Below are positions 1-9,222 of a stretch of 64,000 bases of DNA, one piece after another (position 1 is the first letter of the stretch; each line of letters starts with the position of its first letter). The notes below the pieces were generated by a model that saw nothing but the letters and a program-made list of their open reading frames with translations, was not told the DNA's origin and made no database searches. Position numbers and translations under genes: made by a program. The stretch is from Bacillota bacterium (GTDB lineage: Bacteria; Bacillota; UBA994): positions 70,551 through 134,550 of the forward strand of contig WSXW01000003.1 of NCBI GenBank assembly GCA_009773495.1, in the 5' to 3' direction.

Positions 1-136
1 CCACACCGCTGTTGATCCACAGCAACGTGGGGTCCTCAACAGGGACCAACGAAGCACTGGGTAGAACGGTGTGAGTTTTGCCGCGGAAGAACTCAAGGAA
101 CGAGTGGCGCAATTCATTAGCAGTATGAAGTTTCAT
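1..136 (-). CDS. alaS: alanyl-tRNA synthetase, N-terminal fragment (gene runs off the window start)
   Basis: Minus-strand ATG (rc of 134-136) gives [45 protein letters not shown], the conserved AlaRS N-terminus. AGGAGG lies 8 nt upstream. It is absent from the ORF track because it is truncated by the window edge. Confidence 0.75.
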   Translation of the reverse strand, partial: MKLHTANELRHSFLEFFRGKTHTVLPSASLVPVEDPTLLWINSGV

Positions 137-149
137 AGGGGTTACCTCC

Positions 150-430
150 TTATTTGTGGCTACTCGCGTTCTTTGGGTAACAAAAAAGACCCTTCGTCCT
201 CAGGGACGAGAGTCTCGTGGTACCACCCTGCTTACTGTATGAAACATACAGTCACTCAGCATGCCGGTATCGGGGCATCCGGCAACTTCGTCAGCTGCAA
301 GCTCAGGGTTGGCTGCAAAACTACTTGCGCAGGTTCTCTCACACCACTCCAGAGGAGTGAGAACCTTCTCTTTAGCGAAGGAGGCTTTGTCATTCCCGTC
401 ATAGCCGTATATAAATTAATTATAGCATTT
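150..430 (-). promoter_or_regulatory. T-box leader (tRNA-sensing riboswitch) upstream of alaS
   Basis: Minus strand reads AGCAGGGTGGTACCACGAGACUCUCGUCCCUGAGGACGAAGGGUCUUUUUU (rc of ~183-231). This matches the T-box consensus AGGGUGGNACCGCG with one change, and is followed by a terminator hairpin with a U-run just 5' of the alaS RBS. The listed 71..433 + ORF is its antisense. Confidence 0.7.
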
Positions 431-446
431 TGATTAGAGTTGTCAA
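419..446 (-). promoter_or_regulatory. sigma-A type promoter for the alaS T-box leader
   Basis: Minus strand has TTGACA (rc of 441-446), a 16-nt spacer, then TATAAT (rc of 419-424). Confidence 0.5.
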
Positions 447-458
447 GGAGCTACCGCT

Positions 459-1487
459 TCAATCCCCAGCTGCTATGTGCTCGAGGGTTGCCTTGATCAT
501 CGCTGCGACGGGTACCGAGAGAACCAAGCCTGCGAGCCCGCCTAGTTCTCCACCCAAGAGTAGGGCAAAAATGACGAGCAGTGGATGAAGCCCCACAGAG
601 TGCCCGAGGATTTGCGGTGTTATCAAGTTGCTTTCGATTTGCTGCACTACGATAATGACGACTAAGGCCTTGAGACCCATCGCGGGAGACACGAGCAGCC
701 CGACTATTACGGGTGGGATGCCGCCGATTATGGGACCGAAATAGGGAATGACATCTAACATACCCGCCAGCACCCCAAGTAAAACAGCGAACTCGAGTCT
801 GATTAGGCTGAGACCAATTGTCGATAATACCCCTACCATAAAAGCTATAAGCAATTGCCCACGAATCCAACTGCCCAGGGTTCCGTCAATCTTTGACAGC
901 CAAGCTAAGAGCTTGCGACGGTGCTTACCGGGCATGAGGTTAGTAATAGTTCGCTTGAGTACATCCACATCTTTAAGTATATAGAAGGCTAAGATGGGAG
1001 TAAGGAGGGCCACAAAAACCCTGCCTAGGGTCTCTAACAGCGCATCAACCGTGTGGTCTAGCACTAACAGCAGTCGGTCTTGCGTTCGTTGTATGTTTTG
1101 TTCGATTAAATTTTGAAACACCGGCGGTAAGTTTGCGCGCTGGAAGCGCTCTTGCATGTCGGCTAGTACTTGTGTAAAAAGCTGTGTGAATTCCGGCAAT
1201 CGTTCTGAGAGCTTGTTGATCTCGACTAAGATGCGGGGGATTGTATAGGTGATGCCTAAGGCAATAAGAGCCCCCGCTGCGAGATAGATCATGAAGATGC
1301 CTAGCACTCTAGGTATCCGCCGGCTTTCAAAGAAGTCCACCAGGGGATTTAGAAGATACGCCAGAAATACGGCGAGGACAAATGGCGTGGCGGCAGAGCT
1401 GAGAGGTGCGCGATTGATCCAGAGCAGCGCTGCTGCGAAAAGGCCTAGGCCCCAAGCAACTACCACTCTAAGTCTCTGTCCTTCCAT
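459..1487 (-). CDS. AI-2E family (PerM/YtvI-like) membrane transporter
   Basis: 342 aa with multiple TM helices and the typical AI-2E/UPF0118 pattern. A GGAGGAGG RBS lies upstream. Confidence 0.7.
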   Translation of the reverse strand: MEGQRLRVVVAWGLGLFAAALLWINRAPLSSAATPFVLAVFLAYLLNPLVDFFESRRIPRVLGIFMIYLAAGALIALGITYTIPRILVEINKLSERLPEFTQLFTQVLADMQERFQRANLPPVFQNLIEQNIQRTQDRLLLVLDHTVDALLETLGRVFVALLTPILAFYILKDVDVLKRTITNLMPGKHRRKLLAWLSKIDGTLGSWIRGQLLIAFMVGVLSTIGLSLIRLEFAVLLGVLAGMLDVIPYFGPIIGGIPPVIVGLLVSPAMGLKALVVIIVVQQIESNLITPQILGHSVGLHPLLVIFALLLGGELGGLAGLVLSVPVAAMIKATLEHIAAGD

Positions 1488-1516
1488 GCTTACACCTCCT
1501 CCTCTACTTTACTTTA

Positions 1517-1548
1517 CGTAAAAATAGACTGAGTATAACTCAGTCTAT
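1517..1548 (-). terminator. rho-independent terminator after the 65-aa gene
   Basis: Perfect hairpin TAGACTGAGT-ataa-ACTCAGTCTA followed by a T-run on the minus strand. Confidence 0.6.
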
Positions 1549-1550
1549 CG

Positions 1551-1748
1551 TTACTCGAGGATCTCTTGAGCTGCTTCTTTGAGACCGTCAGCAGAATCTC
1601 CGAATTGATGTATGGCTTGTTTACCGCGTGAGGCAAACTTCATAGCCATACCCCTGAGTTCGGATTTTTCTCGCACGGTCATCTGCATGCCGTAATATGC
1701 TCCGACTAATCCACCAACTAGTAAGCCAGCAATAAATCCTTTACGCAT
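1551..1748 (-). CDS. small membrane protein (hypothetical)
   Basis: 65 aa with a hydrophobic N-terminus FIAGLLVGGLVGAYYG, followed by a terminator. Confidence 0.45.
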   Translation of the reverse strand: MRKGFIAGLLVGGLVGAYYGMQMTVREKSELRGMAMKFASRGKQAIHQFGDSADGLKEAAQEILE

Positions 1749-1766
1749 GTAGCACCTTCCTGTACT

Positions 1767-2009
1767 CTAATTTTCTGGGACTGTCATTTCTGTTTCAAAG
1801 TCAGATATCGCTTCTAGACTTCCGTCATCAAGGACCTGAAAAATCTCGACACCTCTCTTGTTTAAGGCGAACTCAATACAACAGTCCCAGCAGTAATATT
1901 GTTCCACCCCGACTCTTCCTAATGCACGACTATTGCACAACGGACATCTCAGAGCCTTCACTTTGCACACCCCACTTATATGAAAGATCCACTGGCTCAT
2001 CCGGCACAA
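1767..2009 (-). CDS. small zinc-ribbon protein (hypothetical, doubtful)
   Basis: CPLC...CWDCC cysteine pairs. It overlaps the 3' end of the PRC-barrel gene by about 70-80 nt in another frame. Confidence 0.3.
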   Translation of the reverse strand: MCRMSQWIFHISGVCKVKALRCPLCNSRALGRVGVEQYYCWDCCIEFALNKRGVEIFQVLDDGSLEAISDFETEMTVPEN

Positions 2010-2469
2010 TCATATTCTCGGCGCTCATAATGGCGCTGTCGATGAGCGGTATGATGGCCCGCCCTGAAATGAAATCTCCGACAATGCCGTCGGTTAGTAC
2101 ACATCCCACGATGCGTCCGTCTATGGGATCAAGCGCTACGTCATCGATCCGACCTAGATACTGTCCGCTAGTTGTGAGAACTTGTTTACCCAGGTAGCGA
2201 TTGCCGTTTCCCTGGGTTAGAGGTATTTTGCCAAGGTGTTGAATTACCGAGGTGCTACTGATGGTGACCGCGTCGTGCCCTACACTGTAAATGTTCTCCC
2301 AGGCGATGATTTTGCTCTTGCGCAGTAGATTGCCCTTATCTAAAAGCAGCGCAGCGATACGCTGCTCCTGTTGATCGCAGACGAGATCCTTAACCTCTGT
2401 AATGCGCTGTCCGGTGGAGAGATCGATAATCGGCAGACCGATAATTTCTTTTCCTCGACGCATCGGCAT
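1930..2469 (-). CDS. tandem PRC-barrel domain protein (YlmC/YmxH-like)
   Basis: Two repeats of the GKEIIGLPIIDLSTGQRITEVKDLV / LGKQVLTTSGQYLGRIDDVALDPIDGRIVG type. Confidence 0.6.
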   Translation of the reverse strand: MPMRRGKEIIGLPIIDLSTGQRITEVKDLVCDQQEQRIAALLLDKGNLLRKSKIIAWENIYSVGHDAVTISSTSVIQHLGKIPLTQGNGNRYLGKQVLTTSGQYLGRIDDVALDPIDGRIVGCVLTDGIVGDFISGRAIIPLIDSAIMSAENMIVPDEPVDLSYKWGVQSEGSEMSVVQ

Positions 2470-2534
2470 GCCCTCCTTACGATATTATGTGAACTAAATC
2501 ATTTGAGACCTGCTCCGACTAGTCTGCCCCTAGC

Positions 2535-2567
2535 AAACAAAAAAAATGCGCTCGAAAGAGCGCATTA
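2535..2567 (-). terminator. rho-independent terminator downstream of mnmA
   Basis: AATGCGCTC-gaaa-GAGCGCATT hairpin with an 8-nt T-run on the minus strand. Confidence 0.7.
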
Positions 2568-2571
2568 CGGT

Positions 2572-3645
2572 CTACACTATCGTCCCCCCGCCGACGACAA
2601 GGTCGCCTTTATATAATACTAATGACTGGCCGGGAGTGGGGGCTCGCACAGGTTCAGCAAAGCTGACGACCGCCCTGTCATTTCCCAAGAATGATACCCG
2701 ACAAGGTTGGTCTGCTGTGGTATAGCGCGCTTTGCCTGTTAGGTCTTCATCAGGCTCAGGGCGCTCAAGGAAATGCAGTTCACTTATTTCTACCCGATGC
2801 CTAAAGAGTTCTTCGCCCGGGCCCACCACGATACGATTGCCTTTTGCATCTATTTCTAGCACATAGAGTGGCGTAGGTGAAGTTAAGCCGAGACCCTTTC
2901 TTTGCCCAATGGTATAGTCGAAAATACCGCGATGTTGGCCTAGCACTATTCCTAGGCTATTAACTATAGCTCCGGGAGCATCGAGGGCACCTTCCGAACG
3001 CAGAAAACCTTTATAGTCATCATTCTGAACAAAACATATCTCCTGACTGTCGGGCTTCTCGGCTACGACTAAATCAAGTTTAGCGGCTAACTTACGTACT
3101 TCTGGTTTAGTCATCCCACCGAGTGGAAATAGTGTATGACTTAGCTGAGTTTCGGTCATGCGGAATAGCATGTAGGTCTGGTCTTTACGGCTGTCGACTG
3201 ACTTGCGCAAGCGAGTTCCTTGGGGCACATGCTCTACCCTAGCGTAGTGACCCGTAGCAATGTAATCGCAGCCTAAAGAGCGCGCCTGCTCCAGAAATTG
3301 AGTAAAACGCACGCGGCTATTACAGGCAATGCAGGGGTTAGGAGTTCGGCCTGCTTTGTATTCGGCAATAAAATACTCCACGACATGCTGGCGGAAGATT
3401 TCTTTATAATTAAGTACGTAATGCGGCATGCCGAGCCGTTGTGCCACAAAGCGGGCATCTTCTACGGAACTTAGGGAACAACAGCCGCCTGCGTCTGGAG
3501 CATCTTCTTGGATCCATAGGCGCAGGGTTGCCCCAATTACTTCAAACCCTTGCTCCTGTAAAACATAAGCTGCGACGGAACTATCTACCCCGCCGCTCAT
3601 ACCCAACAAAACTTTAGCTGACAAAGCCAACATCTCCCTTACCAC
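2572..3645 (-). CDS. mnmA: tRNA-specific 2-thiouridylase
   Basis: PP-loop motif SGGVDSS near the N-terminus. The 357-aa sequence matches the MnmA/TrmU architecture. Confidence 0.9.
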   Translation of the reverse strand: MVREMLALSAKVLLGMSGGVDSSVAAYVLQEQGFEVIGATLRLWIQEDAPDAGGCCSLSSVEDARFVAQRLGMPHYVLNYKEIFRQHVVEYFIAEYKAGRTPNPCIACNSRVRFTQFLEQARSLGCDYIATGHYARVEHVPQGTRLRKSVDSRKDQTYMLFRMTETQLSHTLFPLGGMTKPEVRKLAAKLDLVVAEKPDSQEICFVQNDDYKGFLRSEGALDAPGAIVNSLGIVLGQHRGIFDYTIGQRKGLGLTSPTPLYVLEIDAKGNRIVVGPGEELFRHRVEISELHFLERPEPDEDLTGKARYTTADQPCRVSFLGNDRAVVSFAEPVRAPTPGQSLVLYKGDLVVGGGTIV

Positions 3646-3668
3646 TGCGCAGCTTCACGTTTAATAGA

Positions 3669-5000
3669 TTAGTCTTCCTCTTTTTCACCACGCCAATAAG
3701 CTAGGCGTTCGCGCAGGTTTTTCTCATACCCTAAACCACTTGGTTTGTAGAAGCGTTTACCTATTAAGCCTTTTGGGAGATACTCCTGCTTTACATGGTG
3801 CCCGGGGTGGTCGTGGGGGTAAATATACCCCTTACCGTGCCCAAAGTGCTTGGCTCCTTTATATGAGGCGTCACGCAGATGAATAGGAACTTCTACTTCA
3901 GCGTCACCTTCAAGGACTTCTAGAGCAGCATCGATACCAAAGTATGAGGCGTTGGACTTGGGTGCGCTGGCTACGTACACCACAGCTTGGGCTAAGGGAA
4001 TCCTGCCTTCAGGCATGCCTAGCAGTTCTACCGCTTGGTGGGCTGCTACCGCAACTTGCAAGGCGCGCGGGTCGGCATTCCCTACATCTTCGGCCGCACA
4101 GATGATAATGCGACGCGCTATAAAGCGCGGATCTTCACCGGCTTTAACCATACAAGCCAACCAAAACAAGGCAGCATCGGGGTCGCCACCGCGCATGGAC
4201 TTAATAAAGGCGGAGATAATGTCGTAATGCTTGTCACCGGTTTTGTCGTAGAGAATGGCGCGCTGCTGAGTAGACTCTTCGGCTACGGCTAGAGTAATAT
4301 GGATTTTGCCAGCTGCATCGGGCTCGGTACTCAGAGCAGCTATTTCTAAAGCGTTAAGCAGGCTTCTCGCGTCCCCTGCAGATTGGGTAATCATATGTGT
4401 CATAGCCGCGTCATCCACGCCGAGCAGCATCTGACCAAGACCCATTTCTGTATCCTGCAGCGCACGGCGTGCAATCTGCGCCAGTTCGTCTCTACCTAGA
4501 GTTTCTAGTTTGAATAAACGGGAGCGCGAAAGCAGCGGGGCATTAACACTAAAGAAGGGGTTTTCGGTGGTAGCACCAATCAGCACAATTAACCCCTTTT
4601 CTACTGCGGGCAAAAGTGCGTCTTGTTGACCTTTGTTGAAGCGATGGATCTCGTCGATGAAGACCACCGTGCGTTGTTCGTTCTGGGCCAAGCGGTCCTT
4701 AGCTTCCTGAACCACGCGCCGAATATCTGCCACGCCTGAGGACACAGCGTTGAGTTCGGTAAACTGGGCTTTAGTGCTATTCGCAATAATCTGGGCCAGA
4801 GTAGTCTTCCCCGTGCCGGGTGGACCATAAAGAATCAGTGAAGAGAGCCTGTCTGCCACGATGGCGCGGCGCAATAGCCGCCCTTCGCCAACGACGCCGC
4901 CTTGGCCAAAAAACTCCTCTAAACTACGGGGGCGCATACGCTCCGCTAGGGGTGCGCTGCGCCTCATCCGGTTTTCAGCAGTATACTCAAATATACTCAT
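3669..5000 (-). CDS. rarA: replication-associated recombination protein A (AAA ATPase)
   Basis: Walker A GPPGTGKTT and the conserved MgsA/RarA C-terminal domain. Length is 443 aa. Confidence 0.9.
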   Translation of the reverse strand: MSIFEYTAENRMRRSAPLAERMRPRSLEEFFGQGGVVGEGRLLRRAIVADRLSSLILYGPPGTGKTTLAQIIANSTKAQFTELNAVSSGVADIRRVVQEAKDRLAQNEQRTVVFIDEIHRFNKGQQDALLPAVEKGLIVLIGATTENPFFSVNAPLLSRSRLFKLETLGRDELAQIARRALQDTEMGLGQMLLGVDDAAMTHMITQSAGDARSLLNALEIAALSTEPDAAGKIHITLAVAEESTQQRAILYDKTGDKHYDIISAFIKSMRGGDPDAALFWLACMVKAGEDPRFIARRIIICAAEDVGNADPRALQVAVAAHQAVELLGMPEGRIPLAQAVVYVASAPKSNASYFGIDAALEVLEGDAEVEVPIHLRDASYKGAKHFGHGKGYIYPHDHPGHHVKQEYLPKGLIGKRFYKPSGLGYEKNLRERLAYWRGEKEED

Positions 5001-6034
5001 TTGAGAACCTGGCTAATACGTGTTAAGACCTCGTCAATGTCTTGCTCACTAATGTCTAGATGTGTCACAAACCTAGTAATCTCACTGCTCATAGCGTTAG
5101 ACTTAACGCCCTTGGCGTCTAGTTTTTGTACTAGCTCTGCCGGGTTCAGACCTACAGATTGAGATTTAACAGCGACAATGTTAGTCTGTACACTGTCAAA
5201 ATCTACGGCCACTCCGAGTTTAGCCAAACCTTCAGCTAAGCGACGCGCATTCTTGTGGTCGTCTTGAAGGCGCTCTACTCCAGTCTCCAGAGCAAGTAAG
5301 CCTGCTGCTGCAATAATACCGGCCTGCCGCATGCCGCCACCCACCATTTTGCGATACTTACGCGCCTTGGCAATAAAACTCTTACTACCCACTAACACGG
5401 AGCCCACAGGGCAGCCGAGGCCTTTGGATAGGCACAAGCTAATGGAGTCGCAGGGCGCTGCGAGGTCCTTGACGGACACACCTAAGGCTACAGCGGCATT
5501 GTAGAGCCTAGCTCCGTCCATATGTAGCGGAAGGTTATGCTCCCTAGCCACAGTGGCTAGGGCTTGTGTTTGCTCTACAGTTACGACTGTGCCGCCGGCG
5601 CGGTTATGAGTATTCTCGATACAGATCAAACCTGTGCGCGGGTAGTGGATATTCTCACTACGGATGTTCGCGCGTACAGCTTCGGGTTGAAGTATACCCT
5701 TAATACCGTCAACGCGGCGGGGCACAAGACCGCCTAGAGCAGACATTCCGCCTACTTCGTACATGAAGATATGTGACTCGGACTCAAGTATTACTTCATC
5801 ACCGCGCTCACAGTGGCTGAGCAGAGCTAGCAAGTTGCCCTGAGTGCCACTTGAGACATAAAGGGCGGCTTCTTTACCTAGGAGCTCAGCAGCCCGCTGT
5901 TCAAGGAGGTTCACTGTGGGGTCTTCGCCATAGACATCGTCGCCTACAGCAGCCTTGGCCATGGCCTCGCGCATGGCAGCGCTCGGCAACGTAACAGTAT
6001 CGCTACGCAAATCTATAATGCTCATTAATGTCAC
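4997..6034 (-). CDS. ltaE: low-specificity L-threonine aldolase (PLP-dependent)
   Basis: DLRSDTVT...GDDVYGEDPTVN...SGTQGN motifs of the threonine aldolase family. Confidence 0.8.
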   Translation of the reverse strand: MTLMSIIDLRSDTVTLPSAAMREAMAKAAVGDDVYGEDPTVNLLEQRAAELLGKEAALYVSSGTQGNLLALLSHCERGDEVILESESHIFMYEVGGMSALGGLVPRRVDGIKGILQPEAVRANIRSENIHYPRTGLICIENTHNRAGGTVVTVEQTQALATVAREHNLPLHMDGARLYNAAVALGVSVKDLAAPCDSISLCLSKGLGCPVGSVLVGSKSFIAKARKYRKMVGGGMRQAGIIAAAGLLALETGVERLQDDHKNARRLAEGLAKLGVAVDFDSVQTNIVAVKSQSVGLNPAELVQKLDAKGVKSNAMSSEITRFVTHLDISEQDIDEVLTRISQVLK

Positions 6035-6046
6035 TCTCCTCCCTCC

Positions 6047-6373
6047 TTAAAGGAAGGACTCGATGCGGCTCTGGATCATGGGTTTGGACATGAGACCAAT
6101 TAAACGAGTAGCCTCGGTACCATTCTTAAAGAGAATAAGTGTAGGCAAACTCATAATGCCTAACTCCATAGAGAGAGCCATATTTTCGTCAGAATTGAGC
6201 TTAGCAACCCTGACCTTATTTACGTTCTCCTGCGCAAGTTGCTCTAGTACTGGCGCGATCATGCGGCAGGGGCCACACCAAGCTGCCCACACGTCGACCA
6301 AAACAGGCGTAGTGGACTCCAGCACCTCCTTTTTGAAATTAGTAGAGTTGACTACCGTAATGTTGGCTGACAT
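6047..6373 (-). CDS. trxA: thioredoxin
   Basis: WAAWCGPC active site, 108 aa. Confidence 0.9.
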   Translation of the reverse strand: MSANITVVNSTNFKKEVLESTTPVLVDVWAAWCGPCRMIAPVLEQLAQENVNKVRVAKLNSDENMALSMELGIMSLPTLILFKNGTEATRLIGLMSKPMIQSRIESFL

Positions 6374-6382
6374 ATTACATCT

Positions 6383-6508
6383 TCCCTTTCTGTTTGCACT
6401 TTAGGCTGTCTGTTTCCCTTTCTGGTTGCACTTTAGGTTGTCTGTTTCCCTTTCTGGTTGCACTTTAGGTTGTCTGTTTCCCTTTCTGGTTGCACTTTAG
6501 GTTGTCTG
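6383..6508. repeat. 32-bp tandem direct repeat, about 4 copies
   Basis: Unit TGTCTGTTTCCCTTTCTGGTTGCACTTTAGGT repeats head-to-tail: 6407-6438, 6439-6470, 6471-6502, plus a degenerate copy at 6383-6406. No spacers are present. Confidence 0.9.
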
Positions 6509-6911
6509 AATACCCCACAATCGCGAGGTGAAAGCGGCGCCCCCGCTTTAGCATAGGTTCTAGCCCGTATTTTATTGCAACAAAAGAACCTCCTAAGCCA
6601 AAGAGCCCTAGCAATAGGCCGTAAATTTCGCTGCCTAGGGCTTGACTGCCATATATGGCCCCAGTAAAGAGAAATATGAGAGGTGCCACATAGACTAGGA
6701 AAGCAGCTGTGAGTACATCTGTATCTTGGAGCTCAAGAGTTACCTTCTCCCCGGGCTTAGCATGAATCATATTCTTCGCTTCGACGTAGATGTCCTTCAT
6801 TTCATGGGCTAAACCACACTTTTGGTGGCAGTTCGCACAGGCAGAATGTTGCACTACCCTGACCTGGGCGATATCTCCTCTAAGCTCAACAATTTCACCG
6901 AATTGGCGCAT
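6465..6911 (-). CDS. RseC/MucC-family protein (sigma-E regulator / SoxR-reducing system component)
   Basis: N-terminal GDIAQVRV...SACANCHQKCG plus two TM helices. The listed C-terminus is read from the tandem repeats, so the true stop is uncertain. Confidence 0.55.
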   Translation of the reverse strand: MRQFGEIVELRGDIAQVRVVQHSACANCHQKCGLAHEMKDIYVEAKNMIHAKPGEKVTLELQDTDVLTAAFLVYVAPLIFLFTGAIYGSQALGSEIYGLLLGLFGLGGSFVAIKYGLEPMLKRGRRFHLAIVGYSDNLKCNQKGKQTT

Positions 6912-7183
6912 GGCTCTCCCTCCTTCTCACTTCATTGTACAACCGAGACTATCGCTGGTCAAACGATGTGTAGGAGAGTATATAAAAGTTGCCGTTGTCG
7001 TAATTTCGGACTCGTGCTATAGTCTATAACGTTAGGAAACAGTAAGTAATGGTAAGCCTGAATTCACTGAACTGATACGAGGACTGATGTTGCGATGACA
7101 AAGAATTGCCATCAGAGTACCTCAGTTTTATCAGGTTCATCAGGATCTAGTGCCAATCATCTCCGCCGTGCTCGGTCTGTGTC

Positions 7184-8464
7184 ATGGTAATTCATATGTT
7201 CTGTATAGAGGGGGTCATCAGCTTGGGTATTGTAAGGCAGTATCAGCATTATTATAGAACATATAACCGCAATATACGGTTGTACTTGTGGCATTTCTTT
7301 ACTTGGCAGTTAGGTGCACTGATATATAATCTCTTCTTCCCCTTGTACCTGTTGTCTGCAAATATCGATGAACAAGTTATGGGTAGTCTCTTTGCGCTAA
7401 ATACGCTTTCCATGGCGGTGTGTGCTATCCCAGCTGGCTTTTTGGCCGATCGGTTAGGCCGCAGAAAGAGTTTTATTTTAGGGTCTGCGCCCTCGCTACT
7501 GGTGGCCGCGCTCAAACTGACGACCACAAATATCGCGTTTTTGCGTCTGCTGTACCTGGTAGATGGGGCTTTCATTATGCTATTTTTAGCTTCAAGCAGT
7601 CCTTTTATTGTAGAAAACACGGAACCAGAAAACCGTATACATGCCTTTAGCCTCTCTGCGATGATGATGCTGGGAGCAGGCATCTTTGGAAATTTCTTTG
7701 GCGGTTATCTCCCGCAAGTAATTAGGTTGGTTAACGCTTCCTTAGGGGATATCACCGTATACCGCATTATCTTCGTATGCGGAACAGTTTTAATGTTTGT
7801 GGCCTTTACCTTCCTCTTTAAGCTCATTGACGTTCCTACTAGTGTCGCACCGAGTGCAAATCGCAAGCTCGTGTTACCAGGTAAGACCGACATGAAGTTT
7901 CTCTTTAAGTACATGGTCGCTGCAGGCTTTATTGCCTTGGGCGCCGCCCACTTTATGCCTTTTGCTACAACGTTCTTTAGGCGCACTTATGGCGCTTCGC
8001 CAAGCCAACTGGGTGCCTTATTCTCTGTGACCCAGCTGACAGTGTTTATTGCTACTGCTATTGCACCCTCTCTTGCGGAGCGGTGGGCACCCATACCTGC
8101 CATTATCTTTACGCGCATAGTGTCACTCCCCTTACTGTTTGGTATTTCTACTGTGCATAACTTCTACTTCGCCGGGGGCTTGTACATGCTGCGAAACGCC
8201 TTCATGCAAATGTCTAGCCCGCTAGAAGCAAATTTCTTTGTGTCGAACATCTCTCCTGAGGTTAGAGCTACAGCTAACGGGATAAATAACATGGCGATGA
8301 GTAGTCTTCGCTCATTAGCGAGTTACAGCGCGGGTATTATTATTACTCGTAGCGGAAGATTCGGAGGGTATACCGCGGCTATCCAAGTTATGTTGGTCTG
8401 TTACATTTTCTCAACTGTTTTCTTGTATGTTTTCTTCGCGCGGGGAAAGAAGCTATTGCCGTGA
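7184..8464 (+). CDS. MFS transporter
   Basis: 12-TM pattern with the MFS signature GFLADRLGRRK. The start codon is uncertain. Confidence 0.7.
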   Translation: MVIHMFCIEGVISLGIVRQYQHYYRTYNRNIRLYLWHFFTWQLGALIYNLFFPLYLLSANIDEQVMGSLFALNTLSMAVCAIPAGFLADRLGRRKSFILGSAPSLLVAALKLTTTNIAFLRLLYLVDGAFIMLFLASSSPFIVENTEPENRIHAFSLSAMMMLGAGIFGNFFGGYLPQVIRLVNASLGDITVYRIIFVCGTVLMFVAFTFLFKLIDVPTSVAPSANRKLVLPGKTDMKFLFKYMVAAGFIALGAAHFMPFATTFFRRTYGASPSQLGALFSVTQLTVFIATAIAPSLAERWAPIPAIIFTRIVSLPLLFGISTVHNFYFAGGLYMLRNAFMQMSSPLEANFFVSNISPEVRATANGINNMAMSSLRSLASYSAGIIITRSGRFGGYTAAIQVMLVCYIFSTVFLYVFFARGKKLLP

Positions 8465-8545
8465 GGAAAATGCGGGCAGCGGATGTGTCAAATCGTGTTA
8501 ATCTGTGTTCAGTTACCCTCCGCGTTGTCAAATTACGCACAAACA

Positions 8546-8582
8546 AAAGACCGATAAGCAAACTGCTTACCGGTCTTTTAAA
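8546..8582 (+). terminator. rho-independent terminator after the MFS gene
   Basis: AAGACCGATAAGCA-aac-TGCTTACCGGTCTT hairpin followed by TTTTAAATT. Confidence 0.65.
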
Positions 8583-8881
8583 TTACCCCCACAATGCCGT
8601 TAACCCTTTGTTTTGAACCTGCTCTCTGCAGGTGGGTAACCGCACTATGTACCTCGCGAATCCGGCTTAGCGGCTGCCACTCAGTACATTGTTATTGGTT
8701 TCCCATTTTGTTGGTGTTAGGAACAAAACTCTCGGGCCTCACGCACATCGCAGGGCAAACTGCGTAATAAATCTGTTTCTTGGTTCTATCTTAGCACGCT
8801 TCATTGTCCACTCGCAACATGAAAATACTGTATCACTTGGCAATGTAGTATGAATAGACTGTAGCAGAGGGAGGTGAAAGC

Positions 8882-9175
8882 ATGCAGATCTCCGCGACTA
8901 TACTGCTACTTGCAATAGTAGTAGAACAAGTTACCAATATTATAAAAAGTGCCCTACCGGCAATTCGTGACGAGTGGTCAAGAGTGTCCGCTATCTTTGT
9001 GGGCATAATTCTATGCTTTGCTACACGCATAGGTATTTTGGCTGATCTCAATGTCCCTGTAGTTTATCCCGCTGTGGACTATATCATAACAGGCCTGCTA
9101 ATCTCGCGCGGTTCGAATTTCGTTCACGATATGTTCGAAGGAGTAAACTCCTACGTGCAAACACGAAAGAGGTAA
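8882..9175 (+). CDS. small two-TM membrane protein (hypothetical, possibly holin-like)
   Basis: 97 aa. RBS GAGGGAGGTGAAAGC precedes the ATG, and two hydrophobic helices are present. Confidence 0.45.
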   Translation: MQISATILLLAIVVEQVTNIIKSALPAIRDEWSRVSAIFVGIILCFATRIGILADLNVPVVYPAVDYIITGLLISRGSNFVHDMFEGVNSYVQTRKR

Positions 9176-9222
9176 GGCGGGAAGGCCAGTGAAGGTCAGA
9201 GTTACCGTCCAAAATTTCCTGC

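Noticed and set aside
1-430. Possibility of tmRNA or RNase P RNA in the structured region at the window start
   Set aside because: - No GGAAAGUCC (RNase P) and no tmRNA 5'/3' ends.
- The GGGUGGUACCACG box and the downstream AlaRS reading frame fit a T-box instead.
71-433. 120-aa plus-strand ORF at the window start
   Set aside because: - It lies antisense to the alaS 5' end and its T-box leader.
- The sequence is non-protein-like.
- The minus strand carries the T-box motif, terminator, RBS and AlaRS N-terminus.
6383-6508. 32-bp tandem array as a CRISPR locus
   Set aside because: - Repeats are contiguous with no spacers.
- No cas genes nearby.
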